A DNA stretch of 64,000 bases. It comes from Andalucia godoyi And28. Its lineage: Eukaryota > Protista > Jakobida. Under the pieces are notes generated by a model. It was not told the origin of the DNA, ran no database searches, and saw only the letters and a list, made by a program, of their open reading frames with translations. Where the stretch lies: assembly GCA_009859145.1 (NCBI GenBank), contig VRVR01000031.1, positions 186,001 through 250,000 on the forward strand, read 5' to 3'. Shown here piece after piece: positions 39,479 through 49,671 of this stretch (the stretch's first letter is position 1; each line of letters opens with the position of its first letter). The translations under genes and the position numbers were made by a program.

Positions 39479-42007
39479 ATGACGTACAAGTTCAAGGTCC
39501 GCTTTCGTAACGAAGTCCGCCGATTTTCGCTGGAGCGTCCTGTGACACTGCATGCACTGTTTTCGCGTCTGGTGATGATGTTTTCGCCTTTTTATCCTCA
39601 GTTTCCATCGTCTGCTACTGCCGAAGAAGCAGGGGCGTTGCTTGTGACGTATTTTGATGGGAACGATCAAGTCACGATTCGGGATGACCAGGATCTCGAG
39701 GAAGCGCTCGTCATCGGGAAGCCGGTTCTGGAGCTCACCGTCCATCTTTCGCAAGATGCACGGACCCAAAAGGGAGAATCAAGCGGCGAGTCATCCGACA
39801 GTGAGGCCCATTGCCACGCAAAGTCCCGGCATACCCACGGCCATCACGGCCATCACCGTCAACACGGTCATCACGGACGCGGCCATGGACGTCACAATCC
39901 CTTCATGAACCTGATTGACGGACTTCTCGGCGGAATCGGAGGAGCTTCAGGTAACGACGAAAAGAAAGAGGACCGTCCTAGACATGGATTTCGTCACGGA
40001 CACTGTTTTCGTAGTTTTTTCCACCCCGAGGTGAACAGGAATGCATCCGAAACACCGGCTCCCTCTGCACCCTCGTCTTCCTCGTCTTCTTCTGCTGGCT
40101 CGTCTTCTGCCGCCGCTTCTAGTTCTGGAGCTGGGGCGGCGTCCAATGCGAGTGGATCGACTGGACCGTCGCATCGCGAGGAAAAGAAGCCAAAAAACAC
40201 AAGCGAGTATCCTGAGTTTGCTCCGGATCTGATTTCTGATTTGGAAATTGTGCTGAATTCATTTGCAGCGAATCCAGAGCAGGTTGGTCATCTGCTTGAC
40301 ACGGGGCTTCCGCTGACTGTTCTGGCTCGACTCCAGTCCCTTGGAATGCCCGCACGTGTGCTTCGTCACCGTGTGAAACAGTTTGCGCATGAGTTCTTTT
40401 CCACGCGCGAAGGCTTGTTGATGAACATGAGGCAGACTGTGTTCTCGCCCGCGTTCTTTGGTGTCCTTTGCGGCTTGAATACCCCGGCAGGACAGGAGTT
40501 CATTCGCGGTGTTGTGTCGACATTTGGATTTGGAATTTCCATACCAGAAGAGTTTGATGTGATGACGCTCCTTCCTACCATCATGTCACAGTTCGGTCAT
40601 CATGGACGGCGTGGTGCGTGTCCTTTTGATTTTTTTGACGCGATGCACGGCAGCACCCAGGATGGCAATGAAGGTCCGTCCACTTCCACCGCAGAAGCGC
40701 CTCTGCAGCCGGAGGTTGCCGTTCCTGTGAAGAAGGTCGATGCACCGGCTCAGCAGCAGCAGCAGCAGACGCCTCGGATGGAGGAGAAGAGCGCCGTTCC
40801 TGCTCCGAGTTTCCATGTGCCATTGTCAGCAACATCATCGACATCGTCCTTGTCATCTGCCTCCACTTCTCCTTTCCAGCCCCGTGCGTCGACGAGCGAC
40901 GTAGATATGGTGCACTCGTGGGAAGTTGTATCCAATGACGATGACGATTCTGCAAAGTTTGAGAACTTGTCACGCAAGGTCGACTTGCTGTTGAAGGACG
41001 AAGATGATGTCTCGGAGAACGGGAACGTCACGTCTTCCGAGCTCGTCGGATCCTCCTACACTGCTGTGGGCGACTTTGAGTCGTCGGCTGTGAGCACCGC
41101 ATCCAGCGCTGTTCCCGTAGCGCCGGGCTTGTCCGCGTCCTCCGCCTCCGTGACTCCCACGACTGTCTCGTCCACATACTCCATGGCAGCCTCTCAGGAC
41201 AATACTGCCGCAGTGCTTCTCCCCGTCTCTCCTGTCGCTGCTGCACCTGCACGTGTACCTGCGCCCACTCCTGTTCTTGTCCCAGCACCAGCACCAGCAC
41301 CAGCACCAGCACCAGCACCAGCACCAGCACCAGCACCAGCACCAGCACCAGCACCAGCACCAGCACCAGCACCAGCACCAGCACCAGCACCAGCACCAGC
41401 ACCAGCACCAGCACCAGTACCAGTACCAGCACCAGCACCAGCAACAGTTTCGAGCAAGGTGACTGTCTCGAATGCAGCATCCAAGGCGACCGCGAGCTCA
41501 GCGTCTGTTGTGGATTCCGACCTTCCGCGCTGTGCCCTTCTGTCGTTCTCCATCTCTCCATCAAAGATTGTGCAGCCCGCATCTCCCGTGACGCTTGAAT
41601 GGCGTTTCCGAAACACTGGAAGCGTTGCATGGTCGGAGGGCTGTAGGCTCATGCTCGAGTCCGGAGATGTAGTTCCAAAAGCACCGATGTTTGTGGAGCT
41701 TCCGTCTGTTGCACCTTCGCACATCTGCACCGTTTCCGTTCGTGGAAGCGCACCCGACGAGCAAAAGTCAGTCAACTCCGTGTGGAAACTGGTGTCGCCA
41801 GACGGCCAGTGTTTCTATGTGGCACGCTCGCTGTTCCGCGCAGAGTACAAGGAGGAAATGAAGCAGCTGATCCAAACCATCCGCGAAATGGGCTTCTTGG
41901 CAGTCCCGGAACGCCACATCTTTGAACTCCTGACTGCCAGTCACGGTGCTCTAACGTACGAAGTTGTCAACGAGCTTACTCGCCTGGAATCCATGTTTTC
42001 GAAATAG
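39479..42007 (+). CDS. NBR1/p62-like autophagy receptor (PB1, LIR-like motif, FW/Ig-like domain, UBA-like C-terminus)
   Basis: PB1 YKFKVRFRNEVRRF...TYFDGNDQVTIRDDQDL; SWEVV near an acidic run; WRFRNTGSVAW...WKLVSPDG; IREMGF. Confidence 0.75.
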   Translation: MTYKFKVRFRNEVRRFSLERPVTLHALFSRLVMMFSPFYPQFPSSATAEEAGALLVTYFDGNDQVTIRDDQDLEEALVIGKPVLELTVHLSQDARTQKGESSGESSDSEAHCHAKSRHTHGHHGHHRQHGHHGRGHGRHNPFMNLIDGLLGGIGGASGNDEKKEDRPRHGFRHGHCFRSFFHPEVNRNASETPAPSAPSSSSSSSAGSSSAAASSSGAGAASNASGSTGPSHREEKKPKNTSEYPEFAPDLISDLEIVLNSFAANPEQVGHLLDTGLPLTVLARLQSLGMPARVLRHRVKQFAHEFFSTREGLLMNMRQTVFSPAFFGVLCGLNTPAGQEFIRGVVSTFGFGISIPEEFDVMTLLPTIMSQFGHHGRRGACPFDFFDAMHGSTQDGNEGPSTSTAEAPLQPEVAVPVKKVDAPAQQQQQQTPRMEEKSAVPAPSFHVPLSATSSTSSLSSASTSPFQPRASTSDVDMVHSWEVVSNDDDDSAKFENLSRKVDLLLKDEDDVSENGNVTSSELVGSSYTAVGDFESSAVSTASSAVPVAPGLSASSASVTPTTVSSTYSMAASQDNTAAVLLPVSPVAAAPARVPAPTPVLVPAPAPAPAPAPAPAPAPAPAPAPAPAPAPAPAPAPAPAPAPAPAPVPVPAPAPATVSSKVTVSNAASKATASSASVVDSDLPRCALLSFSISPSKIVQPASPVTLEWRFRNTGSVAWSEGCRLMLESGDVVPKAPMFVELPSVAPSHICTVSVRGSAPDEQKSVNSVWKLVSPDGQCFYVARSLFRAEYKEEMKQLIQTIREMGFLAVPERHIFELLTASHGALTYEVVNELTRLESMFSK
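41282..41442 (+). repeat. (CCAGCA)n coding repeat, Pro-Ala linker
   Basis: More than 25 tandem hexamers inside the NBR1-like ORF. Confidence 0.95.
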
Positions 42008-42132
42008 TCTCGCTCTGTATCCATTCTCGTTGATGTCCATCTGTGTTCTGTATATGTCTCCTCCCCCATTCTTCTTTTTTGCCTCTGGTTCGTCTTGTAA
42101 ATTTCACTTTCGAATTCCATCAAAACGATTCA

Positions 42133-42621
42133 AACCGCTGAATAATAACACGTCATTGTCATGCATACGGAAGTATGCATAAACAGACACGGTCAATACT
42201 GGCCGACACAAGCATGTGTTTCACAGGAATTCGTGCTTACGCGTAGCCATCGATCATTCGTTGGTTTCACTTTTTTAATTCAAATATGGGCGTGGGTGCG
42301 CTGGAATGACGCATTCGCCTACGCCTGCGCCTGCGCCGCTCGATACACGGCCTCCTAGGTCCCGCAGACCTCCTAAGAGACCACGTGTCACTACGCCTGC
42401 TGCTAGGGCCGTCAGAATCAAAAATGCACCCTTCCCAGGAACAACGTGTCACGCTGAGAAAGTGGCTCACCGATTGATCGAGATTGGGAACGGAGCGCGG
42501 AGCATCTATCTGAAGAACGCCGTGAGGCGTGTTGGGGCCTATCCCCTTCCCGGCAACGAGATGCAAGACTGAATATGCATGTCTATTCGTAGATATGCAT
42601 GTTCAGTGTTTAATGTAGGCG
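42133..42621 (+). repeat. Dispersed hairpin-rich non-coding element, copy 2
   Basis: Reverse-complement homolog of 5524-6126; UUCG, GUGA, GCAA and GGAA-looped hairpins on this strand. Confidence 0.9.
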
Positions 42622-42660
42622 CTGCGCCTCCTCTCCATCGGTTGTAATTTTATACCGCGC

Positions 42661-42672
42661 TTTCGCGCCAAT
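42661..42672 (+). promoter_or_regulatory. E2F-like site upstream of the deoxynucleoside kinase gene
   Basis: TTTCGCGCCAAT, one mismatch from the DHFR-type TTTCGCGCCAAA. Confidence 0.45.
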
Positions 42673-42941
42673 CGGTGAAACGAAATTCGTTTTCATTTTT
42701 CCTGAATTCCATATATACATATATATTTCATTCTTCGTTGTGTTGTCTTTTCGTTAGCTTTGGGGCTTTTCCTCCTTTCTTTTGTTTATTCTTTCAAGTT
42801 TCTTCTTCTTCTTTTTATTATTATTATTAATTTGTTGAAAGCTGTCGTTAGCGTAGTTGAAGCATAGAAGAAGTGTTGAGCGTTGTTGTGGGTTTTTTAA
42901 ACTTTAATATTTATTTTAAACTTCTTTTCTTTGCACTGAGA

Positions 42942-43637
42942 ATGTCGTTTGCGTCGGTGTCGAACCAGCTGTCACAGAATGTTCCGCATCTTGAGCACAT
43001 GTTCATTTCGATTTCTGGATTGATCGGGGCTGGGAAGTCGACGCTTGCGACGGAGCTTGGGAAAGAACTCAACTTGCCTGTTCATTATGAAGAAGTGATT
43101 GACAACATTTATCTTGCGGATTTCTACCAAAACCCTGCGAAATATGCATTTCCCCTGCAAGTCTATTTACTGAATAAGCGTTTTGCACAGCAGCAGCAGA
43201 TCATTTGGTCTGGGAAGGGGGCAGTGCAGGACCGGTCGATCTATGAAGACTCTGTGTTTGCAAGGATGTTGTACCGCGCAGGCCTCATGGAAGAGCGCGA
43301 CTACCAGACGTATGTCTCGTTGTTTCAGAACATGTCGAATTTCATGAGACGTCCCAATCTCATTGTGCATTTGGAGGTTTCTCCAGAGGAGTCGCTCGAG
43401 AGAATCAAATCGCGGTCGCGGGACTGTGAGACCACCATCTCAATCGAGTATCTCCGCAACTTGCACGCCGCGTACGAAGAGTTCCTTGAGGACATCGCCC
43501 ATGTCATTCCCGTTCTCAAAGTCGACTACTCGCGGTTCAGAACCGCTTCAGAAATGGCCCGTGTCATCCGCAAGGAGTTCACCTCCATGCTCAACATTCG
43601 TGATGTGTCGTGGAGAGAACCGTCTCCTGCGATGTAG
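42942..43637 (+). CDS. Deoxynucleoside kinase (dNK family)
   Basis: ISISGLIGAGKST, FPLQVYLLNKRF, QDRSIYED, RIKSRSRDCE; ATG at 42942. Confidence 0.92.
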   Translation: MSFASVSNQLSQNVPHLEHMFISISGLIGAGKSTLATELGKELNLPVHYEEVIDNIYLADFYQNPAKYAFPLQVYLLNKRFAQQQQIIWSGKGAVQDRSIYEDSVFARMLYRAGLMEERDYQTYVSLFQNMSNFMRRPNLIVHLEVSPEESLERIKSRSRDCETTISIEYLRNLHAAYEEFLEDIAHVIPVLKVDYSRFRTASEMARVIRKEFTSMLNIRDVSWREPSPAM

Positions 43638-43776
43638 CACACCGTTTCTTTTTTGTTGTTGCAAGAATTCACTTCTTTTATCCGCGTTGTAAGCACCTTC
43701 TAGTGCAATTAGTCAAGTACACATTCAAACCAAACTATTCTTTTCTTTTCTTTCTTTCTTTCTTTCTCTGCGAGGG

Positions 43777-45888
43777 TCAAAATTCCTGCTCGCTTAGCTG
43801 ATGCTCAAGCTCATGGATGGAGTTTCCGAGAAACGACAGCCGTGAGTAGAGCTGACTCCGCCGCTCATCATTGCTAGATGCTGATGATGAAGATCGACAG
43901 TGGTCTGACAGATCTCTGCGGGTTGTCGTGGCGTCCTCGCGTACAGCACGCGCCACCAGCTCCTCGTCGACAAGATCTTCTAGTTCGGCTTCGGCTTTCC
44001 GTCGAGCGTCAACATCTTCGCTGCAATTGTCCTCAATCGCGTCCGCGTCATCCTCCTCCTCCACATCCCCAATTTTGGAAAATAAATCATCGTCATACTC
44101 TTGCAGTCGAACCATTTCGGGAATACCCGTCAGCGAAGGAGTACTTCTCGACGAGAATGTAGGCGACAGCACGCGCCGAGTTGGACTGTGCAGCGACACC
44201 TGTTCAGCCTCTCCGAGGCCCAGTGCAGCCATCCAGGTGCGGCTTTCATTTGCCCGAGCAGCTTGAGCACTCAGAGGATGTTGAGACTTCTGTAAGGCAT
44301 CTGGGGAAGACGGAGCCTTGTGGTTATGTCGAGGAAGGACAGAAGCGACAATGGACGGTCGCTTTGTAACCGCATACGATGCGGACGATGCCGGCCGCGA
44401 GGAGGATGCAACACTTGAAGCAAGATCGAGCTCCTTTGAGGAGTTCGAGATTGTGGAGGCCACGGATCCTCGTCGCACGTCCAAAAATGCCCTCTCGATT
44501 TCCGCAAGAATATCATTCGTCTTGTCGTTGGACGTTGCAGAACTTCTACGATACGAAGTCTCCAAAGCATTCTTTGGGGCAGCGGGTTGTGGCCGTGAGC
44601 TCCGTGAGCCCGGGGAGCCCGTAAGCGACGAAAGAGACTCGGAAAGTATATCAATTCGTGGCTGCGATCTTGCAGCAGAGATCGGCCGAGTCGCTGAGCC
44701 AGGCCTGGACGAACCCCTGGGCTTGCTAGAGCCATTCATTGCGCTCGATCGAGGAGATGGCGTTTCCATGTGCACATCTGCTTTTCCCGTTCCAAACTCC
44801 GAGGCCTCTCCGTGACGCGCAGCTTGCTGAATACGGGGAGAGGACATCCGGGGACTTGAGACCGACGGAGGTGCGTTGCTGTCCGTCTTCGACATTAACC
44901 GTTGCAAGTCGGCCAACGCCGAGACCATTCGTTTGCACACGGCATGATCTTTTCCGAGGGCCCTACGTCCCCACGCGTAGCCTCTGCGCATCATTTCTCT
45001 CGATTCGCCCACATGGTCATCCCCAAGCGCCTCCAACAGTACTGCAGTGTTCCAAAATCCGAGCACCACAAACAGCGCATTCTTGTTCCCCATCAGCCCT
45101 GTCTCGGTGTCCGCATTTTGCCGCATCTTTTCCTTCTTCTTCATGAACCGCAACGAAGTGTGCAGCGCAGCTTGTGCATGCTGCAGCGCCGATTCCAGCC
45201 GTTTCATTTTTGACAGGATGAATGCCATGATGAGATGCGACACGACCGCAGGATGTTTCGCATGTTCTGAGGCATGTTCAGTTTCGAGCGCAAGCGACTC
45301 TTGCGCATGTTGCAAGGCAAGATGCCACTTTTGGCGCAGCGAGAAGTAGTATGCAATATTTTGCAACGTGGTGATGCGAAGCACAACACAAAGATTGCGG
45401 TTCCCACACTTTTCCGAGGTTGTCCACAGCAGCGCTTTTCGAAGCAACTGCAGGGATTCCTGCTGATGCAGATCGCTCTGCAGCAACCGGAGTGCGATTT
45501 GATTCAGTGCGGCAGAAAAGTCCGAGACATACATGTTCAGCTCCGGAGACCCATACGGTAAAATTGATACCCACAGCTCCAGGCATCGCTCGAGGTACTG
45601 CACCGAGCGCTTGTAGTCTCCCTGATCCTGCAACACGCGAGCAATCTTCTGCCAGACATGGATCGACGCAACCACGCCCGTCGCAGTCTTCCCCATCGGC
45701 CCACCCGCAGCGCGATCCACCTCCATCATCATTTTCGCGGACTCACCATTGCGGCTCTCAATCGCCAACCGCAACACATCCAAGCACGCAGCAGAATCAT
45801 CCAGAAGAAACAGACTGCACGCGGTCGCACTCGAACTATCCGTTCGAAAAGAATCCGAACTCGCTAACCCCCAACTGCCACGATGCAT
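43777..45888 (-). CDS. TPR-repeat protein with disordered C-terminus
   Basis: KIARVLQDQGDYKRSVQYLERCLEL, TLQNIAYYFSLRQKWHLALQHAQESL and similar helical repeats. Confidence 0.75.
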   Translation of the reverse strand: MHRGSWGLASSDSFRTDSSSATACSLFLLDDSAACLDVLRLAIESRNGESAKMMMEVDRAAGGPMGKTATGVVASIHVWQKIARVLQDQGDYKRSVQYLERCLELWVSILPYGSPELNMYVSDFSAALNQIALRLLQSDLHQQESLQLLRKALLWTTSEKCGNRNLCVVLRITTLQNIAYYFSLRQKWHLALQHAQESLALETEHASEHAKHPAVVSHLIMAFILSKMKRLESALQHAQAALHTSLRFMKKKEKMRQNADTETGLMGNKNALFVVLGFWNTAVLLEALGDDHVGESREMMRRGYAWGRRALGKDHAVCKRMVSALADLQRLMSKTDSNAPPSVSSPRMSSPRIQQAARHGEASEFGTGKADVHMETPSPRSSAMNGSSKPRGSSRPGSATRPISAARSQPRIDILSESLSSLTGSPGSRSSRPQPAAPKNALETSYRRSSATSNDKTNDILAEIERAFLDVRRGSVASTISNSSKELDLASSVASSSRPASSASYAVTKRPSIVASVLPRHNHKAPSSPDALQKSQHPLSAQAARANESRTWMAALGLGEAEQVSLHSPTRRVLSPTFSSRSTPSLTGIPEMVRLQEYDDDLFSKIGDVEEEDDADAIEDNCSEDVDARRKAEAELEDLVDEELVARAVREDATTTRRDLSDHCRSSSSASSNDERRSQLYSRLSFLGNSIHELEHQLSEQEF

Positions 45889-46500
45889 ATGTATATAAAT
45901 ATATAAATATATATATATATATACACCCCTCCGCCTCTACCACGCCCTCTATCACCTCTTTCTTGATTTAATTTATATAAAGAAAACAAAAACACGGAAA
46001 CCAGGTAACTGAAGAAAACCACACAAAAATGAAAAAGAATGTGTGGCATAGGAAGCTTAATGGGTTTAGTGGTTTTTTGGTTCGATACAGTTGTCGATTG
46101 AAATTATAGAGACTGAGCAAACGTCGGAAAAAGCTTTTTGCAAACAGATTAGGAGGGGAACACGCCGCAGCATCAATGCATCACGTTGCTTGGGGGAGGC
46201 TTCCAAAGTGGTTGGCAACTGTTCTTATTGTGTTTTATTTCGTTTTCATCGTCTTGACAAAATGCTTTGAAAACGGTTTTGTCGGGGCATTTTCTGCGTC
46301 GGGCATTTCAAAAAGCAAATCGGGGTTTTGGAAAGACGATTGTGAGCACCGTTGTCGTTTATTTCCCTTTTCTCCCGAGTCGTTTACTTGGGTCTACAGA
46401 AGTGCGGGGGTCAGAAACCGAGAGTGTGACTGAGTGCGTGTGCGTGTGTGTGTGTGTGGGCGTGCGTGCGTGCGTGTGTGCGTGAAGAGAGAGATTTGCC

Positions 46501-47094
46501 ATGAGTGATGCGCTTCTTTTGCATGCTGTTTCGAATGGGGATCACGACCAGGTGCGAGCGTTGCTTGCGGAGGGAATGGCATCTGCAAACACAAAATCTG
46601 CAACGGGGTCGACCGCGCTGCATCTTGCTGTGAATCGGAGCATGGCCTCGATGGTGGAGCTTCTTATTCCGTATGTGAACGACCCGAGCGTGTCGGAGAA
46701 GCCGGAGTGCGGTGGTCTAACGCCGCTGCATGCCGCGTCGCAAAGTGGGAATGTGAAGATCATTGAGCTATTGTGCGATGCAAAGGCCGAAGTGAACATC
46801 ATGGACTCGCTTGGATACACTCCGTTGCACTGGGCTGCAAAGAAGGGGCATTTGGATGCCGTAAAAGTGCTGCTGAGCCGCGGGGCCAACCCGGAAATAC
46901 AGGATCTCATGGGGAAAACAGCGTACTACTGGGCAAGGGAGTTTGGGCACAAGCAGATATGTGAGTTGCTGCCGGTCTTTAAGTACGATGTTTGGAAGGC
47001 GACGGAGACGCACGAGGCTCGGTTTGGGGTCAAGAAGGACGATGATGATGGCGATCCAAAGAAGAAGAAGGACGCAAAGAAGAAGAAGAAGTAA
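46501..47094 (+). CDS. Ankyrin-repeat protein
   Basis: GSTALHLAV, GLTPLHAAS, GYTPLHWAA, GKTAYYWA. Confidence 0.93.
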   Translation: MSDALLLHAVSNGDHDQVRALLAEGMASANTKSATGSTALHLAVNRSMASMVELLIPYVNDPSVSEKPECGGLTPLHAASQSGNVKIIELLCDAKAEVNIMDSLGYTPLHWAAKKGHLDAVKVLLSRGANPEIQDLMGKTAYYWAREFGHKQICELLPVFKYDVWKATETHEARFGVKKDDDDGDPKKKKDAKKKKK

Positions 47095-47286
47095 GCACGT
47101 AAATCAGTCCGTCCGTCTTGCATGTAAATAAGAAGAATTAATAAAAAAAAAATAAAGGATGAAAAATGGGGATATTTTTACATATCTTTTCTTGTTCGTT
47201 GCGTAATAAATAATGAAGCATGATAGATTTTGTGCGAAGCAGCCACACAGAAAAGAAAGAACGAGAGAAAGAAAGAAAGAGAGAAA

Positions 47287-49212
47287 TTACAGGTAGCGAG
47301 ACAATATAGAGACAACGGCTTCGGGATGTACTGTGGTCACGGATCCGTCGGGGAGTCGCTGCGAATCTGAGGGAGACGCCGTCCACACAGCATAGTCAAA
47401 ATCAAGCCATTTGGAAAGATGCTCAAAGACGCGCCATGTGCTCTCCCGGAAGATTTCAAAGCACAGGGGCTTGCGTCCCGTGATATGCTCCGGTAGCAGG
47501 TACAGAATATTCGCTGTTCCTCCGCCGTGCATCGCAAGCCAGACGTGATGCCGTCGAATAAGCAACACTTGTTCAAGGAAGGGCAGGTTGGCCATGTCGA
47601 CGATCGAAACGTGAACTTCGGGATGTGCCTTCTTCACCTCGTCGGCCAAATCATCTTCGTTTGCAATACGCCGGTCCATAAACGTATGGCCTTCATAGGG
47701 TCTCCGTGACGACAGCAGAACTAAAACGGGAGACTTGCCCGCCACTGCCACATTCTGCTCGTGCTGCACAATTCGAGTCATGAGTTCTAAGAATGCAGGA
47801 GAGCGGATTGCCACGACAGACCGCTGTTGCAGCATGGACCGTATCCATTGGTTGAAGGAATTTCGCATGAACGATGCAAAGTCCTTCGCAAGATTCATGG
47901 ATGAATCACATGATAGATCCGCGTGCATATCCGCGAAGAAGTAAGAATGGTAGCCAGGAGGAACGAAGAAGGCATTCCGGTAGCCGATGGCGGAGGAGCT
48001 CAGTCCTTCCTTTGTCGCGTCCGTGAATTCTGTTAATTCCGTGGACTTGGTGGCGCGCATCATGTTCTTCCACAGTTGATCATACGGGCTTGGGCCATGA
48101 TTGTCCAGCAGGACTACTCTCCAATTTTGGTCATCCAGTCCAAACATGCGAATCGTGGCGTGCACCATTGTCATATCCGTCATGGAATGGAAGGTATTGC
48201 GATGTTCCTGATACTCGCGAGTAACAAACAGCACCGGATCTTCAATCCACAACACATCTTCTTCTGCAAACCTGCTCGAGGGCCTGTCTTCCTGATCATC
48301 TGTGCTACTATCGCTGGAGCACTCGAAAGAGGAGAAGATATCTTGGAAATGGTCCTTTGAAAGATCAGTGAACCACTGCTGGCTCGCAGACGCCAGCCTG
48401 CAATTGATCCCTTGCAGTGCCCCTTTTCTGTAATCAAACAGCGTCTTCTCCTTGGACGGCATCCAATCCCTGTACTTTAATTTTTCCAGCGGTAGCCGCT
48501 TTCCGTAGTCGATAATTAAATTGGAGGCACGGCACCACGTGTGCGGATGCGTCGCCGGTGGCGCCCAGCCCGGGCTCGCCATTCCACAGTCCACGGTCGT
48601 CGAGCTCGCACGACCCCTCCCTTTGCCACCCGCACCCGCACCGGCACCCGCACCGGCACTGTCGGACGAAGAACGCGGTGACACAAGAGTCTGCGACGCA
48701 TCGAGCCACGTCTTCAACCACCCGTAGCCCATCTTCCGTTCACAATCGCTCCAGCTAGACATTGGCGCGCTCACCGACGAGCTCTGGCCTTCGTCGCTTC
48801 CAAAAACATGAAATTCCGAATAGTCGACTTCTGAGTGATCCATGATCGACGACTCGACGCGCGGCCTCTGTCCTTTTTCCTGCTTCTTCTGTGCTTCGGG
48901 TTCAGCTTCGGGTTCAGCTTGCTGTGGACTCTTTTGAGTCTTTGGACTGCGCTGCTTCAAACCCTCTGATGGGACAGCGGGAGGAGGAGGAGGAGGAGGT
49001 GTTGGCGGCGGCGGTTGTGTCTCTGGCTTGCGCCATCGTGGGGCCAAAGGTGGCGGTGCATACTTGCTAGCAGCTTCAGCTTCTGCCCGCAATCGTCGCA
49101 GCGAACCTGGCACAATCAGATTAAACAACAGAATTGCAACGAGAATAATCATCAAGAATGAACCGGGATTCGGCATCGAGCGAACTCGGAGCAATGGACT
49201 CGACAACACCAT
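47287..49212 (-). CDS. Glycosyltransferase family 61-like (type II membrane)
   Basis: N-terminal TM, Pro-rich stem, NTFHSMTD, SSRR...RRIANE, EQVLLIRRHHVWLAMHGGGTANILYL. Confidence 0.8.
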   Translation of the reverse strand: MVLSSPLLRVRSMPNPGSFLMIILVAILLFNLIVPGSLRRLRAEAEAASKYAPPPLAPRWRKPETQPPPPTPPPPPPPAVPSEGLKQRSPKTQKSPQQAEPEAEPEAQKKQEKGQRPRVESSIMDHSEVDYSEFHVFGSDEGQSSSVSAPMSSWSDCERKMGYGWLKTWLDASQTLVSPRSSSDSAGAGAGAGAGGKGRGRASSTTVDCGMASPGWAPPATHPHTWCRASNLIIDYGKRLPLEKLKYRDWMPSKEKTLFDYRKGALQGINCRLASASQQWFTDLSKDHFQDIFSSFECSSDSSTDDQEDRPSSRFAEEDVLWIEDPVLFVTREYQEHRNTFHSMTDMTMVHATIRMFGLDDQNWRVVLLDNHGPSPYDQLWKNMMRATKSTELTEFTDATKEGLSSSAIGYRNAFFVPPGYHSYFFADMHADLSCDSSMNLAKDFASFMRNSFNQWIRSMLQQRSVVAIRSPAFLELMTRIVQHEQNVAVAGKSPVLVLLSSRRPYEGHTFMDRRIANEDDLADEVKKAHPEVHVSIVDMANLPFLEQVLLIRRHHVWLAMHGGGTANILYLLPEHITGRKPLCFEIFRESTWRVFEHLSKWLDFDYAVWTASPSDSQRLPDGSVTTVHPEAVVSILSRYL

Positions 49213-49266
49213 CTTCTTCCTTTTCTTTTCTTCTTCCCCTTTCTCCCACGTTCTTTTGCCTTTCCT

Positions 49267-49301
49267 TTTGCTATTTGCTATTTGCTATTTGCTATTTGCT
49301 A
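49267..49301. repeat. (TTTGCTA)x5 heptamer tandem
   Basis: Directly upstream of the GT61 start codon. Confidence 0.85.
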
Positions 49302-49671
49302 TTTGCCTTCTTCGCTTTTTGTCATAGTCATAGTTGTTGTTTGTTGTGAGGCAATGGGCACGTCTTGGACTTGAGGCTTGAGACTTGGCGTGGCATTGGA
49401 CCACGTTCCACTACAGTTGGCAGAGCAGCTCCCGGTTGCTTACCCCTCAGAACTGCACAAAAAGAAAAAGAAAAAGAAAGGTCTGCGGGAAAACTGCGAA
49501 TGACGCGACATGCCGAGATTGAGAAGCATCGGACGCAAACGACGTACACGCAAGAGAATAGCGGTCTTTCGTACGAACATAGCATTCTATATTTGAAATA
49601 GAAGAAGAAAGGAGAAAAGAGGAAAAGAAGAAGAAGAAGGAGGAAAAAAAAAAAGAAAAAGATTAATCGTA

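Noticed and set aside
42430-42490. TPP-riboswitch-like words (CTGAGAAA, TCACC, GGGAA) in the repeat
   Set aside because: P2 and P5 helices and the CCUGAU/UAAU/CGNAGG elements are missing
42509-42535. Hammerhead-like CTGAAGA followed by a GUGA-capped stem
   Set aside because: The stem is followed by GTT instead of the required GAAA; no complete core seen on either strand
42306-42572. 88-aa ORF within repeat copy 2
   Set aside because: In copy 1 the frame is broken by a 67-nt insertion, a TAG and a 1-nt difference in an A run, so coding is not conserved
42340-42610. Group I/II intron, RNase P/MRP or snRNA identity for the repeat
   Set aside because: No P7 pairing, domain V, P4 pseudoknot motifs or U1/U2/U5/U6 signatures found by eye
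46176-46485. Short ORFs in the TPR/ankyrin divergent spacer
   Set aside because: AT-rich, runs into (GT)n repeats, no coding signature
6411-49303. Short tandem arrays as CRISPR-like repeats
   Set aside because: They are 6-8-bp tandem units with no spacers and no cas genes, in a eukaryotic context
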